Source: Lytechinus pictus
Lineage: Eukaryota
DNA: 64,000 nucleotides
Direction: 5' to 3'
Assembly: GCF_037042905.1 (NCBI RefSeq)
Contig: NC_087252.1
Coordinates: forward strand, 14,262,001 to 14,326,000
Part shown: positions 39,403-51,969 of the stretch, piece by piece
Numbering within the stretch: position 1 is the first letter of the stretch
Layout: the number at the start of each line of letters is the position of its first letter
Notes under the pieces: generated by a model
Told to the model about the DNA's origin: nothing
The model's database searches: none
The model's input: the letters and a program-made list of their open reading frames with translations, nothing else
Position numbers and translations under genes: made by a program

Positions 39403-39979
39403 AGGTCAAGTTCACCCCAGAAAAATGTTGATTTGAATAAATAGAGAAAAATCAAACTTGCATAACGCTGGCAATTTCATCAAAATCGGATGTAAAATAA
39501 GAAAGTTGTGAAATTTTAAAGTTTCACTTATTTTTCACAAAACAGTGATATGCACAACTCATTTGCTTGCAAATGATACAGTTGATGATGTCCCTCGCTA
39601 TTTCTTTTGTTTTTTTATTGTTTGAATTATACAATATTTCAATTTTCACAGATTTTACAATAAGGGCCAACGTGACTGAACCATATATTCCACATGTTCA
39701 GGGAGGATTTAATCATTGTTTCACTTGACAATGAGAAAATTGGAAAATATATTTCATATAATAAAATACTAAAGAAATAGTGATTGGGTGGCGTCATCAG
39801 TTTCCTCATTTGCATACCGACCTGGATGTGCATATATAACTATTATTTTGAATTAAACTAAACTTCGAAATGTTATAACTTTCTTATTTTGCATCCGATT
39901 TTTATGAAATTTTCAGCGTTATGATCGTTCGATTTTCCTCTTTTTATTCAAATCAAATTTTTTGGGGTGGACTTGTCCT
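39403..39979. mobile_element. Kolobok-type MITE
   Basis: TTAA|AGGTCAAGTTCACCCC ... GGGGTGGACTTGTCCT|TTAA with long inverted arms. Confidence 0.85.
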
Positions 39980-40172
39980 TTAAATTAATTTTTTTATTCA
40001 TGTATTTGTTTGTATTAAACTTTTTGTTTTATTTGATATTAGACCAACAATTATCGTTAATTTCTCTTTTTTGTGTATGGATTTGATCTCTCTCTCTACA
40101 CCGTATATTATTATATATATAACAAACTATATTTTGTTACCTTATAATACCACTGAAGCCAATACGTGAAAC

Positions 40173-40175
<3 letters not shown>

Positions 40176-40238
<63 letters not shown>
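40176..40238. repeat. Compound (TA)n(GA)n microsatellite
   Basis: Read directly from the sequence. Confidence 0.95.
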
Positions 40239-40240
<2 letters not shown>

Positions 40241-42019
40241 CCTAATACATTACTATTTCAAGTTCTCCTTCGTATTGCTTCACTTATTCATTTCCTGGTT
40301 TATTCATTTATTCGTTCATGTTTGTGCTGTTTTGGGAAAAAAATGTTGTCTATTAATTGACACGATAGGCCTACCCCGAGAGGGGGCAGTATACCCTGAC
40401 GTGAAGTTGATGATAATTAAAGCAGAAACTAGAAAAAATATTCTTAAAGGTTTGCTGAAAATATATTTTTTTAATTGCCACGCATTTTGGTTAAGAAGTT
40501 CGCTATTCTCTAATCAAATATTTCCATTCTCACACTTTAATTAGTGTTTATTATATTAAATTGTATTCTACTCATTAATGTAATGAATGACTTGCTAAGA
40601 TCAATTGTAATGTCATTTTCACCTGCCCAGTAACCTGCACAATCAAGGTTCTAATGGATAATTTGTTTTTCTGTTCCAATCATGAAGAAGCGAAAACGAA
40701 AATCAGCCCCTTAGTTTGGGGTTTTTGGAAACCCCCATAACGAAATCACAACGAGAATAACGTGTTGTGATTTGGTTTTTGTATATCAAAAAACAGAAAA
40801 ATTTAATTAAATTTTTTTTTGCCGCTTTATCTGATTTCTCATTCTAAATTTGTGTATTTAAATATATAAAAAAAAAAGAATATCAGAACATGCCACGATT
40901 CGTGACCTCACTGTCAACTAAGTATATGTATGATGCAACTGCATAAAAAACAGCGCCTATAGAATTGTTGGATGTCGCCTAGCAACATGATACTATGTAA
41001 GTGGTAATTAAACTACATGTAAATCGATGTAAAATATTGATATTTACAGATGAATCCAACATGACCAAGCAATATCATTTTGGTTATATATCCTAAATAT
41101 AATGCTAATCAAATAAAGCTAATTTCTTACCCTCCAGAAACTATTAGACGAAACTGACAAGTTAACAAATGTCACTTAAACACAATAGTCATATCATTTC
41201 GTCTTCAAGAAATATTATTTTACAAACAAAGAAGTTTATGAAGCATGATCTGATTATTAAATCAAGAATTATGTAAATATCAAATATAGAGAAATAAAAA
41301 AAATATCCACGCAAATCATGTTCGATAAACGATCAAGCAGGGCACTGGGAACGATTTTTAGTAGGGGGTGCTGTGGGTTTTGTTTGAAAAAATGGCAAAA
41401 AAGAAGAAAAAACATTACACTCCAAGATGATGGGGATTTTGGTAAAAATTATTGCTCCTAAATAAAAAAGAATTACAATCGATTATAGACCTATAATTTT
41501 ATGCTCCCATCAATTCAAAGAACACAACGGTTCAAGGAAAACGTCAATTATACTAAAATCATTTAAAATGCATTATTATCCTTTGTAATGGATCAAATTC
41601 AACAAGGAAAGTTAAGCGTTGAACAAGATGCCCCCCCCCTCCTCTCTCACTCCTACATGTCAGCAGTGATTAAAAACATACCCTTTTCGTGTCGATATAT
41701 ATCAACAAAATTCATCTCGAACTTCGATTGCATTCGCATCCTATTTTCAAGTGTGAAAAAAAAATCAGCTCGCGCTCCTCTTTCATATCCTGTTCATGCG
41801 TCACTGTAAAGTCCTTTTCCCATTTTCAGTTCAGTAATTAAAATATTAAATAAAGGTTTGTTGTTTAGGGTTAATAAGAACTTAGTGTGCTCCATTCATA
41901 GCTTTTAACACATGGATTATAATTATTATTTTTTTCACAGTTAGCGGTCTCGTTTAGTTCGGCCGTATAGTCATGGTAGGCCTATCTTGTTGGTAAATAT
42001 TAAAGTAAAATGTACTTAA

Positions 42020-42597
42020 AGTGATCATTTCACTTTGTTCTGATTTAAAAAATTCTCATTTTGGTTCTTAAAAATGGGCTTAACATTAGGCTTATAGTGT
42101 AAAAATACCATCCCAAAAGTTTCAAAGTATTATATCCACAGGATCAATTTTAAAACCTTAAAGATGTAAACCAAAGTTTGAAAATAATTGGGAGTTGGTT
42201 TCAATGACTATGTGTATACAGTGAACCTGTGCACCACAACACAAGAACTCTAGATGAACACAGCATGGCCTACATACAGTGTGTACTAGGTATACACTGA
42301 ATGTTCAGTGCAGCTAATAGCGTGTGTGTGTAAATAGGAGATACACACAACAGAAGGCAGTCAAAATAGCCAACGGACTTTTTGAATTGGAGTAAACTGG
42401 TCATAAGCTTAACCTGTCTACTAGACGGTTCTCAAAATCAAGCTAATAAATTGCTACTTGTATCTAAATTCGAGTTTTTCATTCTATATTGTGGTTTGTT
42501 TCAGGGTTTTTGAGGACAAATACATGCACTCATACACATGTTTTGTCTCAGTTTGAGAATTTTTTAAATCAGCTGCTTACAAAGTTAAACGATCCCT
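42020..42597. mobile_element. Kolobok-type MITE
   Basis: TTAA|AGTGATCATTTCACTTTG ... CAAAGTTAAACGATCCCT|TTAA. Confidence 0.75.
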
Positions 42598-44419
42598 TTA
42601 AATTTCCATATCACAACGCCCCCCCCAAAAAAAAAAAAAAAAAACACTTACCTTTTCCTCTTTGAGTGGCCGACCAGGGATTTCATGAATGGCAATGTGT
42701 CCAACCGGCCTGTCCGGCTGTACCCCCGCCCCTTTAAAAATACTGAACCCGTACATGTGTGTATATTTTTTTCTGACGCATTCAACCAGACAGACCTATG
42801 CGCCACCAACTGTCTTCTCAAATTTGCGCTCCCCCCCCCCCCCGCTACGAAATCTCGGATCTGGGGGACACATTAAACTCCTGAAATAAAATAACACAGA
42901 TAAGGAAATAGTAGAATAATCCGTGCATGAAAATAAATTATAAGAACACATTGAGACACTTTTCCGAAATTATTAAATCTTTTAATAAAATCGGGGGCGA
43001 GGGTGTATGAATTAGTAAATAAATGAATACCATATAGGCGAAGAAAAAAAATGCAATATTTGGATGGTGAATTAATGAAATGACGATCGATCAATAAATG
43101 TTTTTTTTTAATAATTTGTTGATGCGATATGCCGTTATTTCAGGCCTACTACCATGTATACCAGCAAAAAATCGAAATCCATCATTTTTAAAACCATGCC
43201 ATCAAATACAGTTACAAACAATCTTCAAGTGGATTGATTAAAATGAAAGCAGGATGAGAAAATAATTTAAGTTGATAGGTTAATTAGATGAAGAAATACT
43301 GGGATATCAATGAACGGTATTAGTAAGCTTTTAAAAAAATAAAAGATTAATAAATTGATATTTAGGTAAAAGAGAAAACGTACTTAACGTACTTAGATAA
43401 TATAGATAATGATAGGCCTATCCCCAGTTGTGGGGGCCGGGAGGGGGATAAGTCTCAGTAAAATATAGATTAAATTAATTATAGCGTAGATATCCCTCAA
43501 GCAATAATAAAATTGTCCAAAAGAAAATTAATACATTTTCCCCGAATGAATATGCCTATTCGTTTTCTTTTCTGAACTTAAAAGGATGAAAAGCGGGGGG
43601 GGGGGGGATTTATGAAAGGAATGAAAAAATACAAATTGATAATACGCAGGAAGCCGGATGAATGATTCAATATTGAATAAGAGAAGAAAGCAGATTTGAA
43701 AAAAATGTATATTGACTTCTTACATCCAGGTGATTATAAATAGATTATGATACATGAATGAATAAATGGATTCATTCGCAGCAGTACGTCAAGTGAAAGA
43801 TTGGGGGAAATTATACAAGAACTATATAATTTAATTATTAATGACACCTCCCTCCCCGCAAAAAATAATTCAAATGAAATGCTGAATAAAACGAGGTTAT
43901 CAAATAACTAGCAAATACAAATTACGATGGATAATGGAACAAAAATAACTAAATATAGGCCCAACGTTTCATCGAAAACACTCCCAAAAAATTAGCAAAT
44001 GAATGAATCATTCACGGATTTATCAAAAGTTATTCAGAGAGCAGATCTTTAAAAGCAAAATATTAGCAACACGAGGGCGGCGTCAGGTTGTGAGGGGCCT
44101 GGTTGATTTTTCTCTGAAAACTGGAAGGATAACATCATGCCTAAAACAAGTCACTCATATGGATCCTACTCCATTGTCATGCAGAGTTTTTATACTCACT
44201 TCTTTATTATTCCCCTTGTTTTTTTGAAAATAAATTGGAGCCCCCCGGGCCCCTACAGCGCCGCGCATGATATCACTCACCGGGGAATCAAGACCCACGA
44301 CCACGCTATTTTCCATGATATAACAAGTGTAAGGGGCCTCGATAACGAGTATACTATAATAGCCGTCATCTGAGCCCCACACACGGCGAATGCTGGGACA
44401 AGCGCATTGGACATTACAA

Positions 44420-46200
44420 AAAAACTGAAAACAAATAAATTAAATGATTAATGATTAATGAATAAATATAAATACATTAATTAATCAATGTAAATACATT
44501 AATTAATCAATTAAAATAGATTGAAATAAGTGAACTTCCACACATAAAAATAATTAAAAACGAATGATACCTCTTACTCTCTATCTCACAAAAGAAAAAA
44601 AACCTGAAAACAAATAAATTAAATGATTAATTAATCAATTAAAATAGATTGAAATAAGTGAACTTCCACACATAAAAATAATTAAAAACGAATGATACCT
44701 CTTACTCTCTATCTCACAAAAGAAAAAAACCTGAAAACAAATAAATTAAATGATTAATTAATCAATTAAAATAGATTAAAATAAGTGAACTTGCACACAT
44801 AAAAATAATTAAAAACGAATGATACCTCTTACTCTCTATCTCACAAAAGAAAAAAAACCTGAAAACAAATAAATTAAATGATTAATTAATCAATTAAAAT
44901 AGATTGAAATAAGTGAACTTCCACACATAAAAATAATTAAAAACGAATGATACCTCTTACTCTCTATCTCACAAAAGAAAAAAAACCTGAAAACAAATAA
45001 ATTAAATGATTAATTAATCAATTGAAATAGATTAAAATAAGTGAACTTGCACACATAAAAATAATTAAAAACGAATGATACCTCTCACTCTCTATCTCAC
45101 AAAAGAAAAAAACCTGAAAACAAATAAATTAAATGATTAATTAATCAATTAAAATAGATTGAAATAAGTGAACTTCCACACATAAAAATTATTAAAAACG
45201 AATGATACCTCTTACTCTCTATCTCACAAAAGAAAAAAAACCTGAAAACAAATAAATTAAATGATTAATTAATCAATTAAAATAGATTGAAATAAGTGAA
45301 CTTCCACACATAAAAATAATTAAAAACGAATGATACCTCTTACTCTCTATCTCACAAAAGAAAAAAAACCTGAAAACAAATAAATTAAATGATTAATTAA
45401 TCAATTAAAATAGATTGAAATAAGTGAACTTCCACACATAAAAATAATTAAAAACGAATGATACCTCTTACTCTCTATCTCACAAAAGAAAAAAAACCTG
45501 AAAACAAATAAATTAAATGATTAATTAATCAATTAAAATAGATTGAAATAAGTGAACTTCCACACATAAAAATAATTAAAAACGAATGATACCTCTTACT
45601 CTCTATCTCACAAAAGAAAAAAAAACCTGAAAACAAATAAATTAAATGATTAATTAATTAATTAAAATAGATTGAAATAAGTAAACTTCCACACATACAA
45701 ATAATTAAAAACGAATGATACCTCTTACTCTCTATCTCACAAAAGAAAAAAAACCTGAAAACAAATAAATTAAATGATTAATTAATCAATTAAAATAGAT
45801 TAAAATAAGTGAACTTGCACACATAAAAATAATTAAAAACGAATGATACCTCTCACTCTCTATCTCACAAAAGAAAAAAAACCTGAAAACAAATAAATTA
45901 AATGATTAATTAATCAATTAAAATAGATTGAAATAAGTGAACTTCCACACATAAAAATAATTAAAAACGAATGATACCTCTTACTCTCTATCTCACAAAA
46001 GAAAAAAAACCTGAAAACAAATAAATTAAATGATTAATTAATCAATTAAAATAGATTGGAATAAGTGAACTTCCACACATAAAAATAATTAAAAACGAAT
46101 GATACCTCTTACTCTCTATCTCACAAAAGAAAAACAAACTGAAAACAAATAAATTAAATGAATAAATCCATTAATTAATCAATATAAATAGATTGATAAA
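44420..46200 (+). repeat. Homogeneous ~128-bp tandem satellite, about 13 copies
   Basis: aaaatagattgaaataagtgaacttccacacat recurs at ~44513, 44641, 44768 ... 46048. Confidence 0.95.
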
Positions 46201-46503
46201 TAAATAAATAAATAAGTTAATAACTGTATCAATATATTAGTAAATCGACAAAGAAATTTCTGAAGAAGTAAATACATACACATTTTATTATTCTCTCTCC
46301 TTGTTTATTTGGAAAATAAATTGGAGGCCCCCCCCCCCCCACTCCAGCGCCGCCCATGACAATTCTCACCGGCCGGGGAAACAAGCCCCAGGACCACGTT
46401 ATTTTCCATGATATAACAAGTGCAAGGGGCCTCGATAACGAGTATACTAATAGCCGTCATCCGAGCCCCACGCACGTGCGAATGCTGAGAAAAGCGCATT
46501 GGA

Positions 46504-46799
46504 CGGGGCCAGTTTCGCGATTATCTTAGGATGCAAGCTTAATAATATACTCGTGATATAGGCCCCACTACTGTGTTGGAGTGCCTGAAGTGCCGTAGTG
46601 CGGGGCCTATATAACGATTATAGTATTATACTCGTGAAACAGGCCCCGCGAACGGACATTCTGAGCCATTCAACACAGCAGCGGGGCCTATATCACGAGT
46701 ATATATAGTGAGCTGAAGTTAGCAACCTAGATATTGAGGTATGATCGATTACGATTACGATCGAAGTTTTTCTCGAGCGGGGCCTATATCACGAGTATG
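46504..46799. repeat. Cluster of the 23-bp motif TATACTCGTGATATAGGCCCCGC in both orientations
   Basis: Forward at 46546 and 46627; reverse at 46600, 46681 and 46777; degenerate reverse at 46504 (also 46425 and 44332 outside this span). Confidence 0.9.
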
Positions 46800-46967
46800 C
46801 CGATATTGGCATCACAAAGCCTTATACAGGTATGAGAGACCCTTTAAGGTCTCATACTGTAGCACAAATTATGTTCTAATTCATGGAATGGGGGAATTCC
46901 CTAAAATTGGGGGGGGGGGGATTCCCTAAATTCTGGGGTACATACAAATCTATCCATCATATTTAGA

Positions 46968-47823
46968 GACAAGGCAAAAGCAATTTTGTGTCTCGCCCAC
47001 TTATGAAAATAACCAGAAATATCGTGATTTGCGAGGGCACGCAAGAGAATTATATCGAAACTTCATTGTGAAATGACTGGGATGGAATAACACTTGTCAT
47101 AAGAGTCTTGCATGTAAACTTTAACGTTGACCTGAAAATGACCTTTGACTTTACCATGTGACCTCCGACTGCAGCATAACATGCAGGTCTCCCAAGTCCA
47201 TCTACCATCCAAGTTTGGTTGAAATAAAACTTACGGTTGCGAAGTTAGGTGTCATAAGAGTGTCTTGCATGTAAACTTTAACGTTGACCTGAAAATGACC
47301 TTTGACTTTATCATGTGACCTCCGACTATAGCATAACATGCAGGTCCCCCAAGTCCATCTGCCATCCAAGTTTGGTTGAAAAGTGACTGACGGTTGCTGA
47401 GTTAGGTGTCATAACAGAGTCTTGCATGTAAACTTTAACATTGCATGTAAACTTTAACATTGACCTAAAAATGACCTTTGACCAAACCATATGACCTCAG
47501 ACTGCAGCATAACATGCAGATCCCCCAAGTCCATCTACCATCCAAGTTTGGTTGAAAAGCGACTTACGGTTGTGGAGTTAGGTGTCACAAGAGTCTTGCA
47601 TGTAAACTTTAACGTTGACCTGAAAATGACCTTTGACCTTACCATGTGACCTCAGACTGCAGCATAACATGCAGGTCCCCCAAGTCCATCTACCATCCAA
47701 GTTTGGTTGAAAAGCGACTTACAGTTGTAGAGTTGAATTTCATTACAGGTTTGTGACGGACGGACGACGGACGACATTTGGATCCCTAAGTCTCGCCTTC
47801 ACCTCTGTTGGGCGAGACAAAAA
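46968..47823 (+). mobile_element. Apparently complete Tsp/HINE (Helentron-associated)-like element with four internal ~155-bp tandem repeats
   Basis: 5' subterminal GTCTCGCCCA (46990) pairs with 3' TGGGCGAGAC (47809); units start at ~47095, 47250, 47407, 47583; (GAC/GGAC)n tract; 3' hairpin, then an A run. Confidence 0.75.
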
Positions 47824-49601
47824 GTGATCAAAAGCCAAATGCCTGTGTTGAACTCATTTTTAATTCATCAAACTCTCCAACATGAAATGAATCTAACGTT
47901 CTTCCTATCCTATATTTCATTGACGATTCGAAAACATTACATTTGCAATCACAAGTTTGACTGCGGCCGCCAGCATGCCAGCACATAGATTCTACTTGTA
48001 ATTGCAGTGTTTTTTAGTCTGAGAAATATTGCTTGAGGAGAGAGGGAACCAGAGAACGTCTTTACATCAGGATCAAAGCTTTTTGCATCAAATCTTTTGA
48101 AAATCACTGAAGCGAGGTTTCTTCACATATATTCGCACTAAGTAGAGGTACAAGTTTGTTTGACAACCGGTTTCCAAATGCATGGACATGATGGGCCTGC
48201 AAGGCTGCAACCCTATGACAAGAAGGTCAAAGATGTCAGTGAGGAGTGTTTTCCATGCATCCACGTTTTGCCAATGCTGTACACAACTCACACTTTAAAA
48301 AATCATTAAAATATAACTTTTGTGACCAAAAATACTAATTTCCATACAGTTGAGATTAATTTTTCATTAGTAACTTGGGAATAATTTTTGTATTCACTAA
48401 AGAATAGAGTGCTCCAAAACTTGAATTTGGGGCATATTTTTGTATATGCCCTCTACTCGAATGATGGGAAGTAATATGGGAAGATTTTTCATTTTTCAAT
48501 CTCTATTTTTAATAGAATAAAAAATAATAAAGTTATATGATGATTAGCTGTAATGAAATCTCACATTGTCAAACAAAGGAGAGAAAATAAACCAAACATT
48601 GCCAATCTTATCTTGCCACTGTCCTTGCCCTTGCTGGCCTGGCTTGGGCTTGGCCTTGGCTAGACAGGAATAACCGTCGTTTCTGGGGATTTATTTAACA
48701 ATCTCTGACATTTTACTATAATCCCCATTCACCGACGGTAATGTGTTAGTGCGAGCCTGCATGTGTAATCTGGCCCGACAATTCGGAGGGTGTGTTTTGT
48801 CCAGATTTTTCATTTCTTTTAGATTCTAAATGACATTATATTATCTTGAACGAATGCCCACTATTTTCTTTAGACTCTAATCTTTCTATTGATACGATGT
48901 AAAATCTATAAACTATCGAAAATATACCTTACCGATGAGTTATTCCCTGGGTTATTCCTTATTTTTTAATTTTCTGCCGGAGAGGAAAATATATGGCAGC
49001 CGTCAACGAGTTGTGCTTTTATCAAGGCTTTCCGATTAAATTTTCGATATCTTGGCCAATCAAGGCGAGCGACAAGTTCTGAACGCACGCACATCTACAT
49101 GTACAAGCGCAAAGCGACTGGTAAATACGTCTGTAAGGATGATGACGTCATCCAAGATGGCAACTTACGTTGATCAACGAAAGGATCGAAGATGACGATG
49201 TTTCGATCATCATTTGAAAGGAATTAGCGGTAACTGCGGTCTAAGGTACAATATTTATGAATTTTGAACATTTTTTTCGTAAATATGGATGTGATTTCTT
49301 TTTCATAATGTGACATTTTATGTACAAAAAAAACGATCGGAAAATTGGGTTTCCGCCGAATGTTAGATCTAACGTTACTGCTGATACGTTGTCTGTTCCT
49401 GCGGGCCTCCAAGCTCTTCAGTCTATGTATTGGTGAGTGAGCCAACGCAGTGAACAGCGGAACAACCAAAATACAGAGACAGACTGAAGCTTTTGGTCTA
49501 CCTACCAACCGTCCTACTTTACACATTAGCGTACGTACTAAGTTACCTTGAGCGAAGTTCGTGCAGGCTCCACTCCACTTCACTACCGCTACACTACGCT
49601 T

Positions 49602-50148
49602 CACCTACCCGAACTTCGAGACCATGAACTCGATCGGATATTCCGAGTGATAAAAGGTGGGATTTTATGGGGACAAAATACAAAATTCATGCAACATCAC
49701 GATCTTTAAAAACAAGTACAACTAATATTCTTACTTTACACAAAGTTTCGCTTCTTTTTGATGCTTCTATCAGTCTCAAATTTGATGATTTAGAGCCAAC
49801 ATGAAGTTCCTCACACGTATAAATATTAATGCGCTGCCGACTTCAAAACATCGCATGCGGGAGGTACCGGGTCTGGTCCGAGCTCGGACCCTCGCGCGCA
49901 TGCGATGTTCTGAAATCGGCAGCGAATTATTACGTGTAAGGAACTTCATGTTGGCTCTAAATCATCAATTTTGAGACTGATAGAAGCATGGAAAAGAAGT
50001 GAAACTTTGTGTAAAGTAAGAATATTAGTTGTACTTGTTTTTAAAGATCGTGATGTTGCATGAATTTTGTATTTTCTCCCCATAAAATCCCACCTTTTGT
50101 CACTCGGAATATCCGATCGAGTTCATGGTCTCGAAGTTCGGGTAGGTG
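49602..50148. mobile_element. Near-perfect ~545-bp palindromic MITE
   Basis: CACCTACCCGAACTTCGAGACC ... GGTCTCGAAGTTCGGGTAGGTG; arms pair over ~255 bp around a centre near 49880. Confidence 0.85.
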
Positions 50149-51359
50149 TTGCCCCGGGGACCTCGACACGTCTTAAGACAGTGTCGAGGTCCTGAATGCT
50201 ACCACTCATTATCACCGGAGTACAAAACTTCGCGATGTTTGGCATTAGAAAACCGATGATCATAATGAATTAAAAATCTAACGAGTAATATCAATCTTAC
50301 CTAAACAAACTGTTCCTAAATCAGCTTACCTTTGAAATAAGAATAATGAATATAATTCCATGAAATCCTTCAAAAGAGCATCAATTTTCGGACTTTTGTT
50401 CCAATCGCGAGGTTTGAAGAACGTGAAAAAAAGTTTCTGCGCATGCGCATATGAATATGTATAAGATGACATCACTGTCTTTACAACACAGTTTAATGAA
50501 TATGCATGTAAGTCAAAACTTTCGGCAAGTCGCCTCGATTCAATTAAATCGTTATTTATACCATATTTATAGGCATATAATTCAATACCATATTTTTATT
50601 TTCATTTAAAAAAATCTGTATTGATGAAAAAATAATTTATTTCATAGATATTTTTATTTTGTTGCATTCTGTGTTTCTATATATTTTTTTTAATTTTGTA
50701 ATTTGTTATATCTCTTTCTCCTTTTCATCTTTTTTATGCTTTGTTTATGGGGGGGGGGGGGGTAAAGCATGACTGTGTTCTCTTGGTGTGTGTGTGTGTT
50801 TTTTATATAACTTCCTGAACAAAATAAAAATTATCAACAGTATGATTGTGTTTTATAATTATATTAAGAGATTTCTAGATCATGTAGACATTTTTAGTCT
50901 GTATTATGATTATTCCCTTTGTGATTACGAAATATTAAAGAAATATTTACAGATTCTAATTTTACATTTAGAAAAATCAATTCACGATTTTCTTAAATAC
51001 GAATTCTGATTTTATTAATTTTATATATCTTTTTCACTTGTTATAACAACGAGGAAGGATTGAATATGATTTTAAAACGAAAAGAAGTACTTAAAAACAA
51101 CGTTGCCTCCTTTAAAAAGAAATATCAAGATATTGTAAAGAATAATTATAATACAAAAAAAAAGAATCTGCCGCTTTGATAATCTCTAATTACCATTTGT
51201 TGTTTAATTCACCTCATGGCAGTAGCATAGGTTTTTTTAGTCACCCGCCTCCCCCCCCCCCCCCTCTAAAGAAAATTAATACAAAACGACCTCCAATTTT
51301 ATGTTAAAGACCTTTTTTTTTTTTTTTGCTTGTCAAATTCAAATTAAAAACATGGAACT

Positions 51360-51681
51360 CACTGCCGGATCCAGGGGGAGGCCAAAGCCGGCTCGTGCTC
51401 CCCCCTCCCCTTAAGAAGCAAAATGAAAATTTGTGATGTAAAAATGGTGTTAAAACCGAACTGTGCCCCCCCCCTTTTAGAGTGAAGATCTTTTTTTTTT
51501 TCTTGTCATTTTTTTTCGGGGCCGAATTATTCTTTTTTTTTTTTTTTGGCGAGCCAATTTTTTCAGGGACGAAATTTTCTTAATTTTTGGTTGAAAAACT
51601 TTTCTCCTTTTTTTTGCTCGTCAAAGTTTTCATTGGAAAAAATGTGCCCCCCCCCCCTTGAAAATCATGGTTCCGCCACTA
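51360..51681. mobile_element. hAT-like MITE
   Basis: CACTGCCGGATCC ... GGTTCCGCCACTA with 8-bp flanks ATGGAACT / ATTGAACT. Confidence 0.7.
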
Positions 51682-51708
51682 ATTGAACTCATTTATACGA
51701 AGCGCTTA

Positions 51709-51969
51709 CACTATCAAAAATAATTTTAACAACGCTGTTTATTGTGTGAATTGCGCAGTATATAGTTCAAACATTTTAAACAAGTGTTTAAAGTCTTAAA
51801 AATCATGCTTTAATTATTGAATATTCAATATTTGAATTTAATTACAGATTATCAAATATTTGAATTTAAACTGCGTTGTTTAAGAATTTAAACACTTGTT
51901 TAAACTGTTTAAACAATTGTGTGATTCATGTCGTAAACAGCGTTTTTTTTTCAATAATTTTTAACAGTG
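51709..51969. mobile_element. CACT-ended palindromic MITE (EnSpm/CMC-like)
   Basis: TA|CACTATCAAAAA ... TTTTTAACAGTG|TA; inverted arms. Confidence 0.7.

Noticed and set aside
46504..46799. CRISPR-like repeat-spacer appearance
   Set aside because: Repeats alternate in orientation, spacers are related to each other, there are no cas genes and the context is eukaryotic.
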